From: Candidatus Omnitrophota bacterium
GTDB lineage: Bacteria; Omnitrophota; Gorgyraeia; Gygaellales; Profunditerraquicolaceae
Direction: 5' to 3'
Assembly: GCA_026387355.1 (NCBI GenBank)
Contig: JAPLLW010000006.1
Location: 23,362-87,361, forward strand
DNA: 64,000 bases
The stretch's first letter is position 1. Each line of letters starts with the position of its first letter. The translations under genes and the position numbers were made by a program. Shown piece by piece: positions 48,713-57,096 of this stretch. The notes below the pieces were generated by a model that did no database searches, was not told the DNA's origin, and worked only from the letters and a program-made list of their open reading frames with translations.

Positions 48713-49230
48713 AAACAATAAAGACACCCTTAAACGAGAAAGATATCCTAAATTTAAAAATGGGTGAGGTAGTCATTTTGAGTGGCGAGATTTATATTGC
48801 TCGAGACCAGGCGCATAAAAGGATGTTTGAGGTAATTAAAAAAGGCAAGAAGCTCCCATTCGATATTAGAAATCAGATAATTTATTATTGCGGTCCTACT
48901 AAAACGCCAAAAGGCAAAATAATTGGTTCGTGTGGACCAACTACCAGTTTACGCATGGATGAATTTACTCCTGCTTTGCTTAAGAAAGGTTTAAGGTTGA
49001 TGATCGGAAAGGGAGATCGTTCAAAAGAAGTAAAAAAGGCAATCAGGAAGTTTAGGGCGGCATACTTGTTAGCGCCTGCCGGATGCGGAGCGCTTATCTC
49101 TAAATATGTAAGAAAAGCTAAACCGGTTGCTTATAGTGATCTAGGCCCGGAACAAATCCTAAAATTAGAAGTAAAAGATTTTCCGTTAATTGTAGGAATA
49201 GATAGTAAAGGGAGGAATATTTATGGTTAG
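48709..49230 (+). CDS. Fe-S hydro-lyase beta subunit (class I fumarate hydratase / tartrate dehydratase beta)
   Basis: Swivelling beta/beta/alpha-domain motifs (YYCGPTKTP); 173 aa; overlaps the alpha gene. Confidence 0.8.
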   Translation: MKTIKTPLNEKDILNLKMGEVVILSGEIYIARDQAHKRMFEVIKKGKKLPFDIRNQIIYYCGPTKTPKGKIIGSCGPTTSLRMDEFTPALLKKGLRLMIGKGDRSKEVKKAIRKFRAAYLLAPAGCGALISKYVRKAKPVAYSDLGPEQILKLEVKDFPLIVGIDSKGRNIYG

Positions 49231-49936
49231 GCTTGATGGTCGGGGTTTAGATAAAATAAGAAGGTTAAATATCATCAGGAATTACATTAAATTTCCTGAA
49301 GGTTCATGCCTTATAGAATTAGGTAATACAAAAGTTATCTGTACTGCTTCGGTTGAGGAGAGTGTTCCGCCTTTTTTGAAAGGTTCAGGTACAGGTTGGG
49401 TGACTGCTGAATACGGGATGCTCCCGCGTTCCTGCAACACGCGTATACCAAGAGGTAAAGATTCCGGGCGCACTTATGAAATCCAGCGCCTGGTTGGTCG
49501 ATCCTTGCGCACGGTTACTAATATGAAAGCTATGGGTGAGCGCAGCATCTGGATTGATTGCGATGTTATACAAGGAGACGGCGGCACGCGTACCGCTGCA
49601 ATTACAGGAAGTTTTGTAGCCCTGGTTGATGCATTTGCCAAGATTAAGAAGTCCGGGTTAATCAAAGAAATCCCGATTAGCGATTATGTTGCTGCTACTA
49701 GCGTGGGTATAGTAAATGGTGAGTTGCTTTTGGATTTGTGTTATGAAGAAGACTCCAAGGCAGAAGTGGATATGAATGTTGTTATGACGGGTAGCGGTGA
49801 ATTTATCGAGGTTCAGGGTACAGCTGAGCGTAAGCCATTCTCTAAAGATAAAATGGATAAAATGCTGGGATTTGCTCAAAAGGGGATAGAGGAATTATTT
49901 AGCGCGCAGCGTAAATTAGTCGGCGATCTCTTATAG
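49223..49936 (+). CDS. rph: Ribonuclease PH
   Basis: DGRTRAA-like region and the RPH signature ([17 protein letters not shown]); 237 aa. Confidence 0.9.
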   Translation: MVRLDGRGLDKIRRLNIIRNYIKFPEGSCLIELGNTKVICTASVEESVPPFLKGSGTGWVTAEYGMLPRSCNTRIPRGKDSGRTYEIQRLVGRSLRTVTNMKAMGERSIWIDCDVIQGDGGTRTAAITGSFVALVDAFAKIKKSGLIKEIPISDYVAATSVGIVNGELLLDLCYEEDSKAEVDMNVVMTGSGEFIEVQGTAERKPFSKDKMDKMLGFAQKGIEELFSAQRKLVGDLL

Positions 49937-49944
49937 GGACACCC

Positions 49945-50586
49945 TTGATAATGGGGTCAGACCCCATTATCAGATGCATAAATAATATGCAGTTAGTTGT
50001 AGCTACGAAGAATAAGAAAAAACTTGAAGAGATAAAAGCTATTTTAAAAGATTTTGATTTAGATATCAGCTCTTTGGCAGATTATAAGAAAACTCCTGTA
50101 ATTATCGAAAACGGTAAGACGTTTAATGAGAATGCTATAAAGAAGGCAGTTAAGATAGCGCGTTTTAGCGGGAAGCTGTCTTTAGGCGAGGATTCCGGTC
50201 TTTGCGTTGATGTTTTACATGGAGCTCCGGGTATTTATTCTGCGCGATTTTCAGGTAAAGGAAAAAGTGATGCACAAAATAATTTAAAATTATTGAGTCT
50301 GCTCGATAAGATTCCGGTTAAAAAGAGAAAAGCTTATTATGTCTGCGCCGTAGCATTAGCTAATAAAGATGGTTTGTTGGGAGTAGTAGAAGGTAAGTGT
50401 TCCGGAAGAATCGGATTTGAATTAAAAGGGGAGTGTGGCTTTGGCTATGACCCTTTATTTATAATACCCAAATATAATAAAACTTTTGCACAATTAGGTG
50501 AGAAGATAAAGCATAAGATGAGCCATCGTTATCATGCCCTAAAAAAAGCCAGGATAATTATTGAGAAATATATTGAGAAAGATTGA
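49945..50586 (+). CDS. rdgB: dITP/XTP pyrophosphatase (RdgB/Ham1 family)
   Basis: VVATKNKKKLEE, FGYDPLF and SHRYHAL motifs. Confidence 0.85.
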   Translation: MIMGSDPIIRCINNMQLVVATKNKKKLEEIKAILKDFDLDISSLADYKKTPVIIENGKTFNENAIKKAVKIARFSGKLSLGEDSGLCVDVLHGAPGIYSARFSGKGKSDAQNNLKLLSLLDKIPVKKRKAYYVCAVALANKDGLLGVVEGKCSGRIGFELKGECGFGYDPLFIIPKYNKTFAQLGEKIKHKMSHRYHALKKARIIIEKYIEKD

Positions 50587-50610
50587 AGGGTTGATATAAT
50601 CTAAATTTAA

Positions 50611-50685
50611 CGGGGCGTGGCTCAGCTTGGCTAGAGCGCTTGCTTTGGGAGCAAGAGGTCGACAGTTCAAATCTGTCCGCCCCGA
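50611..50685 (+). tRNA. tRNA-Pro (anticodon TGG), CCA not encoded
   Basis: Cloverleaf: acceptor CGGGGCG/CGCCCCG, D-arm GCTC/GAGC, anticodon stem CTTGC/GCAAG with loop TTTGGGA, T-arm GACAG-TTCAAAT-CTGTC. Confidence 0.85.
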
Positions 50686-50773
50686 CATAAATAATGGGGG
50701 ACAGTTTTCTCCTACGCCCTTTAATAGATTTCTAATAGCTTTGGCGGGCTTATATTAAAGAGCGAAGGTGGAC

Positions 50774-50790
50774 AAATCTGTCCGCCCCGA
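50774..50790 (+). repeat. 17-nt direct repeat of the tRNA-Pro 3' end (AAATCTGTCCGCCCCGA), 88 bp downstream of the tRNA
   Basis: Identical to 50669-50685 (the tRNA T-arm/acceptor 3' strand); embedded in a GGTGGACAAATCTGTCCGCCCCGA pseudo-3'-half. Confidence 0.7.
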
Positions 50791-50814
50791 CTATTATTTA
50801 AAAACGGAGGTGCT

Positions 50815-51255
50815 ATGAAGAAAGTAACCAGTTTATTGTTTTTTGTTTTTCTTCTCGCGGGTTCTTCTTTTGCAGGTGAGCTTATTTCTAAGGAAGCAGT
50901 TAAGTATTATAATGAGGCAGTAAAGCTACAGAAAGCTCATAATTTTGACGCAGCAGACATTCTGTATGGAAAGACATTATTGGTTGATCCCTATAATACT
51001 AAATGGCAGGTGCTAGTTTTGAATAACCGCGGAGTAATGTTGGCGCAACAAGGATTTAAGAAAGAAGCTGAGCCTTTCTTTGAGAAGGCTATAGAAATAG
51101 ATGAAAACTATGCTCCGGCTAAGCTTAATCTTGCTTTAATATATGATGAACGCAGAAGCGAACTTGATTCTATAAAATATTGGCTGAAAGCTTTAAATAT
51201 AGATTTGAATAAGCTTAAGCCTAGAGGTTTTGTTATAGGGAACCTTCAGGAATAA
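50815..51255 (+). CDS. Secreted TPR-repeat protein
   Basis: Signal peptide MKKVTSLLFFVFLLAGSSFAG; three TPR-like repeats. Confidence 0.6.
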   Translation: MKKVTSLLFFVFLLAGSSFAGELISKEAVKYYNEAVKLQKAHNFDAADILYGKTLLVDPYNTKWQVLVLNNRGVMLAQQGFKKEAEPFFEKAIEIDENYAPAKLNLALIYDERRSELDSIKYWLKALNIDLNKLKPRGFVIGNLQE

Positions 51256-51261
51256 TTTTTC

Positions 51262-51296
51262 TGCGCCTGCCCCTCGACCAGCTCGGGGTAGGCGCA
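51262..51296 (+). other. GC-rich hairpin (about 12 bp stem) after the TPR gene and before tRNA-Arg
   Basis: TGCGCCTGCCCC...GGGGTAGGCGCA is seen directly; the T-run lies 5' of the stem, so it is not a canonical terminator. Confidence 0.3.
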
Positions 51297-51341
51297 TCGA
51301 GTTAAATCGAGAAGCGCCTGTAGCTTTAATTAAGTTTTCAT

Positions 51342-51418
51342 GCGCCTGTAGCTCAAATGGATAGAGCAACTGCCTTCTAAGCAGTAGGTTGGCCGTTCGA
51401 TTCGGCCCAGGCGCACCA
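51342..51418 (+). tRNA. tRNA-Arg (anticodon TCT), CCA encoded
   Basis: Cloverleaf: acceptor GCGCCTG/CAGGCGC, anticodon stem ACTGC/GCAGT with loop CTTCTAA, T-arm GGCCG-TTCGATT-CGGCC. Confidence 0.85.
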
Positions 51419-51427
51419 CTAGATATT

Positions 51428-52627
51428 ATGAAGAGAATAGAGAAGATCTTGGGGCTAAGCATAATAAGTTTTGCCATTATTTTCGGGGCATTCTATATAT
51501 TTCTAGTTATAGCCGGAAAGCAAATTATTGCTAAGCAGATTGAGAATTTGATTCACAAGAAGACAACTGTAGAATTCTTCGGTTTTAATCCTGGTTTTCA
51601 CTTAGAGATAAAAAAGTTGAATATCGAAGGAATCTTTAAAGCAGATTCGATTTATATCACGCCGAATCTTTTCGGGTTCTTCACCGGAAAATTAAGTTTT
51701 AATAATCTTAAATTAATCCGGCCTGAGCTAACTTATATTAGGACGCCTCCTGTAGTTGTTGAGGGGATTAAGCCTAATGGAGAGATTATTGCGTCTTTAC
51801 CTGCAAAACCTATTCAGCCTGAAGTTAGCCCAAGTAGCACTAAACCGTTGCCGTTTGCGTTCAGGCGTATTAAGATAAAGGATGGTCAGATTAATTTTAT
51901 TGACCAGAGTATGAGCAATAAAAGCATAAAGATTATTATAAAAGAAATAAACTGTAGCGTATCTAACCTTTATTTGTATCCTCAAAGAACAATGACAAGC
52001 TTTGATTTAACTGGAAAAATCCCCTGGGGGGATAGTGAGGTTCAGGGGCAGATCGAATTTAATGGTTGGATTAATCACTTTAAGAAAGATATGCAGGCAA
52101 GCTTGAAGATCAAGGACATTGATGCGGTTTATTTGTATCCTTATTATTCAACCTGGGTTGATCTGGATAAGGCGCGTATTGAAAAGGCAAAATTGAATTT
52201 TTCATCTGATATTAAAGGTTTAAACAATAATATTACCGCAGCTTGTCATATGGAGCTAACAAATATGGTGCGTAAACCGCTTGAAGCCGGAGAGTCGGAA
52301 GAAAAGGCCTCGGTTATTACAAACAAGGTTTTAGATATGTTTAAGACAGCAGATCAGGGCAGAGTAGAACTAAACTTTATTATTCCAACTAAAATGGATA
52401 GTCCTCAATTCGGATTTGAAAACTTTAAGACTGCTTTTGAAGGTAAAATTATGCAAAGTAGGCAGGCTTCAGCTTTTAAGCCGGCAGATGTTTTGACTTT
52501 TCCGGTTAAACTTATAGAAAGCGGGGCAAAGACTTTTAGCGACTTAGGTAAGGCTTTAGTTGATGGTATTTTTGCAATAGGGAATGATTTAGGTAATTCT
52601 ATTAGAGAAAAAGCGGTAGTAAAGTAG
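51428..52627 (+). CDS. AsmA-like/DUF748-type membrane-anchored protein
   Basis: Start moved to the ATG at 51428, outside the tRNA; an N-terminal TM anchor, then a roughly 380-aa beta-rich periplasmic region resembling the AsmA/DUF748 families. The family assignment is tentative. Confidence 0.45.
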   Translation: MKRIEKILGLSIISFAIIFGAFYIFLVIAGKQIIAKQIENLIHKKTTVEFFGFNPGFHLEIKKLNIEGIFKADSIYITPNLFGFFTGKLSFNNLKLIRPELTYIRTPPVVVEGIKPNGEIIASLPAKPIQPEVSPSSTKPLPFAFRRIKIKDGQINFIDQSMSNKSIKIIIKEINCSVSNLYLYPQRTMTSFDLTGKIPWGDSEVQGQIEFNGWINHFKKDMQASLKIKDIDAVYLYPYYSTWVDLDKARIEKAKLNFSSDIKGLNNNITAACHMELTNMVRKPLEAGESEEKASVITNKVLDMFKTADQGRVELNFIIPTKMDSPQFGFENFKTAFEGKIMQSRQASAFKPADVLTFPVKLIESGAKTFSDLGKALVDGIFAIGNDLGNSIREKAVVK

Positions 52628-52644
52628 TTTATTTAACTAAGTTT

Positions 52645-52680
52645 GGTGGCTATAACTCAATTGGTTAGAGCGATAGATTG
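52645..52680 (+). pseudogene. Degenerate 5' fragment of tRNA-His (acceptor 5' strand plus D-arm, about 30 nt, one mismatch), no T-arm
   Basis: GGTGGCTATAACTCAATTGGTTAGAGCG matches positions -1 to 26 of the intact tRNA-His at 53197, except G>A in the D-stem; the downstream sequence cannot form an anticodon or T arm. Confidence 0.55.
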
Positions 52681-52697
52681 CAGACTGTTTCATTGTA

Positions 52698-52725
52698 TTG
52701 ACAAGCTTAAGTTCTTTGATATAAT
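52698..52725 (+). promoter_or_regulatory. Consensus sigma70 promoter (TTGACA-16/17-TATAAT) ending about 6 nt before the HNH gene ATG (leaderless arrangement)
   Basis: TTGACA at 52698-52703 and TATAAT at 52720-52725; ATG at 52732 with no SD. Confidence 0.45.
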
Positions 52726-52731
52726 TATATT

Positions 52732-53190
52732 ATGCCAATCAAGAATTGTAAGATTTGCGGTAAAGAATTTTACGCAAAGCCATTTCATTTAAAACAAGGC
52801 TGGAGTAAGTGTTGTTCTATAAAATGCCGCACTAAGTCTCAATTTAACGGTAAATGGGTAAAATGTGTTAGTTGTGGAAAAGAAATTTATAGAACACCGC
52901 GAGATTATAGAAAGTCTAAAAGTAAAAGATTCTTTTGTTCAGTAAGTTGTCACTGTTCTTGGGAAAACAAAAATGTTCGTTGTGGGGCTAATGCGCCAAA
53001 TTGGATTGCCGGAGAGAGCGCTTATCGCGATTTGATGCGTAGGCTCAAGATTCCATATGAGTGTGCAAGATGTGGGAGTACTGATAAAAGAGTTATAATT
53101 GTTCACCATAAAGATAGTAATAGGAAGAATAATAACGTCAATAATTTAGAACGCCTTTGTTGTAATTGTCACGCAATTCTACATAGTTGA
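52732..53190 (+). CDS. HNH endonuclease with N-terminal zinc-ribbon CxxC pairs
   Basis: Multiple CxxC pairs (CKICG, CVSCG, CARCG); a C-terminal HNH motif VHHKD...NNVNNLERLCCNCHAILH. Confidence 0.75.
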   Translation: MPIKNCKICGKEFYAKPFHLKQGWSKCCSIKCRTKSQFNGKWVKCVSCGKEIYRTPRDYRKSKSKRFFCSVSCHCSWENKNVRCGANAPNWIAGESAYRDLMRRLKIPYECARCGSTDKRVIIVHHKDSNRKNNNVNNLERLCCNCHAILHS

Positions 53191-53196
53191 TTTAAT

Positions 53197-53275
53197 GGTG
53201 GCTATAGCTCAATTGGTTAGAGCGTCTGACTGTGGCTCAGAAGGTTTGCGGGTTCGATCCCCGTTAGCCACCCCA
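53197..53275 (+). tRNA. tRNA-His (anticodon GTG) with the extra 5' G(-1) and encoded CCA
   Basis: G-1 plus GTGGCTA/TAGCCAC acceptor, discriminator C, anticodon stem TCTGA/TCAGA with loop CTGTGGC, T-arm GCGGG-TTCGATC-CCCGT. Confidence 0.9.
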
Positions 53276-53409
53276 TACTTAAATTTTATTGTTCTGCGAA
53301 AATTTTATATTCAGGTTCAATTTGTTTACAATTTTGAAAATTTGTAGTAGCATATATTAATAAGGCTAAAACAGCCTTAAGTTTTTTAGATTCTGAATAA
53401 GGAGGAAAA

Positions 53410-53964
53410 ATGAAAATTTCTATGAGCAAAACTCGCGAACAGTTTCCCTTAAGCGAAAAAAAGATCATTAAGAAAACTATTAAGGTGAATCTAGTTTTAG
53501 ACATAATAGTGCTGGTGATTTGGATTATCGCTGCAGTTACCATTGGCTTTAGCGGCGGGGCTTCTGTGGGAGTTTTAGGCGTTACTACCGTTGCAGCCCT
53601 AGTTTTCCTCACTCTATTTTTCTTAGTAACTTATCTTTATCAGAAATGGTACTGGTCAGTTTATTTTTATGAACTGACAGATGATTTTATAATCATCAAG
53701 AAGCATCCGATTACCCCGACAGAAATTACGATTCCCTATGAGCGAGTCCAGGATGTTTATGTGGATCAGGACCTATTAGATAGATTTTTCGGACTTTATG
53801 ATGTCCATCTTTCAAGCGCTACGGTTTCTTCGGGCATAGAAGCTCACATAGACGGAGTAGAAAAACAGGCAGCCGATGGCCTGAGGAAGGCGTTACTTGA
53901 AACAGTGCAGAGAAGAATTAGCAAAAATAGGAATCAAAACTTAAATACTAATTCCGTAAATTGA
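53410..53964 (+). CDS. Bacterial PH-domain (bPH_2, YdbS/YdbT-like) membrane protein
   Basis: RBS AAGGAGG; two TM helices followed by a bPH_2-like domain (IIKKHPITPTEITIPYERVQDVYVDQDLLDRFFGLYDVHL). Confidence 0.65.
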   Translation: MKISMSKTREQFPLSEKKIIKKTIKVNLVLDIIVLVIWIIAAVTIGFSGGASVGVLGVTTVAALVFLTLFFLVTYLYQKWYWSVYFYELTDDFIIIKKHPITPTEITIPYERVQDVYVDQDLLDRFFGLYDVHLSSATVSSGIEAHIDGVEKQAADGLRKALLETVQRRISKNRNQNLNTNSVN

Positions 53965-54005
53965 CGATACAGGGATAAGGCTTAAGCCGGAAGGAGAGTA
54001 AGGAC

Positions 54006-54521
54006 GTGGAAAATAATATGGTTATCACGGAGAGAGATTACCCGATCACAAAGCTATGGATGTTCAAAGCGCCTATCATCATAGTCTTGATGAATATAGT
54101 GGCTTTATTTTTCGGGTATTATTTTCCTTACCTTGTTTTAGCTCTTCCGGTGATGCTGATTGCTAATCCTTTGATCAGGAACAGGTTTCATTATTCACTG
54201 GAGGAAAAGTTTCTTATCGTCAGACAGGGCGTCATATCGAAAAAACAAAGGAATCTGCCTTACGGCGTCATACAAAATGTTTTCTTAAAACAAGATTTAT
54301 TCGATAGGATCTTTGGGCTTGCTACATTAAGAATTGAAAACGCTTCGCAAGCAGGGGGAGCGCGGGATATTCGTATGCGCCAAGCGCAGGAAGGTGTAGG
54401 GGCTTCTGGAAACAAAATAAATATACCTGGCCTCAAGAAACAAAGCGCGGAAGAGCTAAAGAATCTTATTCTTAAGAAAATAAAAGAAAATCCGATAGAA
54501 GATAGCCAATCTGGTTTGTAA
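54006..54521 (+). CDS. Bacterial PH-domain (bPH_2, YdbS-like) membrane protein
   Basis: Two TM helices plus a bPH_2-like domain (FLIVRQGVISKKQRNLPYGVIQNVFLKQDLFDRIFGLATLRI); paired with the previous gene. Confidence 0.65.
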   Translation: MENNMVITERDYPITKLWMFKAPIIIVLMNIVALFFGYYFPYLVLALPVMLIANPLIRNRFHYSLEEKFLIVRQGVISKKQRNLPYGVIQNVFLKQDLFDRIFGLATLRIENASQAGGARDIRMRQAQEGVGASGNKINIPGLKKQSAEELKNLILKKIKENPIEDSQSGL

Positions 54522-54683
54522 CCTTTTTCCTAAGTGCCCGATACAAAATTATTCACTTTTCATTTTTACCACCCCAGAATTCAGCGAGGAATCACCTCTC
54601 TGAAACCAAAATATTCTAGATATATTAAGGTATTAAGTCTATAGTTACTTTTGTTAATACAGAGAGGTTTCTTCTTGGCTAAA

Positions 54684-55538
54684 ATGCGTGAAGGTTTGAT
54701 TGAAACAAAAGGCGGCAAAATCTGGTATTCCGTGTACGGCGAGAATGAAAAAGGCGTGCCGTTACTTGTGTTGCACGGTGGTCCGGGGTTGTTAAGTATG
54801 CCGGAAGTGGTAGAAGAACTTTCTGACCAAAGGCCGGTCTATTTTTATGACCAGCTTGGTTGCGGAAAAAGCGATAGGGCTGGAGATAAGTCGTATTATT
54901 CGGTTGCGAACTATGTGGAAGAATTGGCTGAAATAAGAGAGCGGTTAGGGCTTCGGGAAGTTTACATCATGGGTTTTTCCTGGGGCACTATGCTTGCGTG
55001 TTCATTTATGCTTGAGAAAAGACCCGAAGGGATAAAGGGCCTTATTTTATGCGGTTCTTACCTTAGCTCTCCACGCTGGCATGCTGATCAGAGGGAGAAT
55101 CTTGCGCAAATGCCTTGCGACATAAAAAATACCATTGAGGAATCAGAGCGTAACGGTGATTACGGCGAGAAATATCAAGCGGCCATTATGCACTATTATA
55201 GAAGACACTTGTGTCGCCTGGATCCCTGGCCGGAGTTTCTGCAAGAGGCATTTTCTAAACTTAATATGGATGTATATCTTACGATGTGGGGGCCTAGCGA
55301 AATAACCATAACCGGAACACTTAAAGATTGCGATCTATTGCCCCGGCTTAAAAAGATCAAAGAACCGGTTTTGCTCATTTGTGGTGAACATGACGAGGCA
55401 GGTATTAAAACGGTTGAAGATTATTGCGCAGCATTCTCCGAAGCTGATATGGTTATTTTACCAGGCGCCTCACATATGCACCACCTTGAAAAACCGGAAT
55501 TATTTTTGCGCACAGTAAGAAAATTCCTAAAGCATTAA
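54684..55538 (+). CDS. Alpha/beta hydrolase of the prolyl aminopeptidase (S33, HGGPG) family
   Basis: HGGPG motif, the nucleophile elbow GFSWG, and C-terminal D/H residues; elevated GC (about 47-52%). Confidence 0.75.
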   Translation: MREGLIETKGGKIWYSVYGENEKGVPLLVLHGGPGLLSMPEVVEELSDQRPVYFYDQLGCGKSDRAGDKSYYSVANYVEELAEIRERLGLREVYIMGFSWGTMLACSFMLEKRPEGIKGLILCGSYLSSPRWHADQRENLAQMPCDIKNTIEESERNGDYGEKYQAAIMHYYRRHLCRLDPWPEFLQEAFSKLNMDVYLTMWGPSEITITGTLKDCDLLPRLKKIKEPVLLICGEHDEAGIKTVEDYCAAFSEADMVILPGASHMHHLEKPELFLRTVRKFLKH

Positions 55539-55555
55539 CTTATTAGACGAATTAT

Positions 55556-56173
55556 ATGGCAGGCGACTTGATAGAAGATAAATTTAAAAAATGGACGGGG
55601 GTAAAGGACCTGCTTGCTGCAAGGATAGCTGTTTTTGAGAATATCCGCGGTATTCCTTATGCAATCATCCCTGAATTAAGGGATCCTCTTACAGGCCCTG
55701 CCGGAATATTGAAACTGAACAAAGGTTCATGTGTACCCAAACATTTTCTTTTAGGATTATTATTTAACAAAATGGGGATAGCGGTTAAATATGTTAGCTA
55801 CCTTTATGACTGGGACGATAAGGAGATACAATATCCGCAGGTTTTAAGAGAATTAACAAAAGAGATGCCGATAACAGCCCACCTTGCCTGCAAGGCTTAT
55901 ATAAATAAGAAATGGGTTTTAGTAGACGCTACATGGGATCTTCCTTTAAGAAATTACGGTTTTCCTGTAAACGAGGAATGGGACGGTTTTAGTGATTGCA
56001 AGAATGCGGTTAAGCCCATTAAAGAAATAATCCACAGGACTTTAGAGGAGCGGGTGCAATATTCGGATGAGCATAGAAAATCTTATACAGAGAAAGAGAT
56101 GAAAACGTATGATATTTTCACCGCGCAACTTAATGAGTGGTTTGCAATGATAAGAAGCGGGATAGGCGCATGA
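55556..56173 (+). CDS. Transglutaminase-like (Cys-His-Asp) domain protein
   Basis: Candidate catalytic triad: Cys in NKGSCVPKHF, His in AHLACKAY, Asp in LVDATWD. The assignment is tentative. Confidence 0.45.
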   Translation: MAGDLIEDKFKKWTGVKDLLAARIAVFENIRGIPYAIIPELRDPLTGPAGILKLNKGSCVPKHFLLGLLFNKMGIAVKYVSYLYDWDDKEIQYPQVLRELTKEMPITAHLACKAYINKKWVLVDATWDLPLRNYGFPVNEEWDGFSDCKNAVKPIKEIIHRTLEERVQYSDEHRKSYTEKEMKTYDIFTAQLNEWFAMIRSGIGA

Positions 56174-57018
56174 AAGACGGTTTTCAAATCCGCAGGATGA
56201 CTCAAAAAGAGGTTGCTGAGATAGCCGTTGAATGGGCGGCGAAAGAAGGATGGAATCCTGGCCTCTATGACGCGGAGTGCTTTTATTCTGCGGACCCGCA
56301 AGGGTTTCTGGTGGCTGAGTTAAAGGGTAAACCGGTTGCTACCATCTCGGCAGTAGCTTATGATGATGTGTTTGGTTTTATGGGATTTTATATTGTTGCG
56401 CCGGAATTCCGCGGCAAAGGTTACGGAATGAAAATCTGGCAGGCGGCCTTGAATTATATGGGCAGCCGTAACATAGGAGGAGACGGCGTACTTGAACGGA
56501 TCAAGGATTATGAGACTCAAGGGTTCAGGGCTTACTATAAAAACCGGCGCTATCAAGGTGTGGGCTCAGGAGAACTGAATTCCGAGGATTTAATTGATAT
56601 CCACAAGGCCGATTTTAAGCAGCTTGCTTCTTATGATGATGGGGTGTTCCCGGCGAAACGGCATGAATTTCTCAAGTGCTGGATCAGCCGTCCGCAAACC
56701 AAAGGTTATGTGTCGTTAGAAGGAGGAACCTTGAGAGGTTACGGGGTAATCAGGCCGTGTTATAAAGGATATAAGATCGGCCCGTTATTTGCTGATGATA
56801 TCATTGTAGCCGGAAAAGTATTCAACGCCTTGATAGGTACGGTGTCTTCAGGCCAGGAGCTCTTTTTCGATGTCCCGGAAGCTAACCACCAAGCGCTTAA
56901 ACTTGCAGAAAATTATTCGATGAAAGTGGTTTTTGAAACAGCGCGGGTCTATTCCAAATCTTTGCCCTCGGTTGCGATAGGAAAAGTTTACGGGGTGACA
57001 AGTTTTGAGTTAGGATGA
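56170..57018 (+). CDS. Two-domain GNAT-family N-acetyltransferase (N-terminal GNAT plus a YitH-like C-terminal domain)
   Basis: Start at the ATG at 56170 (the ATGA overlaps the previous stop). Acetyl-CoA motif A: FRGKGYGMKIWQAAL; GC about 50%. Confidence 0.7.
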   Translation: MKDGFQIRRMTQKEVAEIAVEWAAKEGWNPGLYDAECFYSADPQGFLVAELKGKPVATISAVAYDDVFGFMGFYIVAPEFRGKGYGMKIWQAALNYMGSRNIGGDGVLERIKDYETQGFRAYYKNRRYQGVGSGELNSEDLIDIHKADFKQLASYDDGVFPAKRHEFLKCWISRPQTKGYVSLEGGTLRGYGVIRPCYKGYKIGPLFADDIIVAGKVFNALIGTVSSGQELFFDVPEANHQALKLAENYSMKVVFETARVYSKSLPSVAIGKVYGVTSFELG

Positions 57019-57096
57019 AATAGTTAATGTTGCGCTATTTGGAAAGAATCGGCCCATATTTTTGTTTTAGTATTCGCTCTCAAGAGCAGGATGTAG

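Noticed and set aside
51262-51296. The GC-rich hairpin after the TPR gene as an intrinsic terminator
   Set aside because: The T-run precedes rather than follows the stem on the + strand, and the minus-strand version is followed by A's. I kept it only as a low-confidence structural element.
52645-52715. A possible fourth complete tRNA at the start of the HNH cassette
   Set aside because: Only the acceptor 5' strand and D-arm match tRNA-His. The next 40 nt cannot form anticodon or T stems, and a promoter plus ORF follows. I call it a pseudo-fragment, not a gene. I also considered a group I intron-split tRNA, but the intact tRNA-His downstream argues against it.
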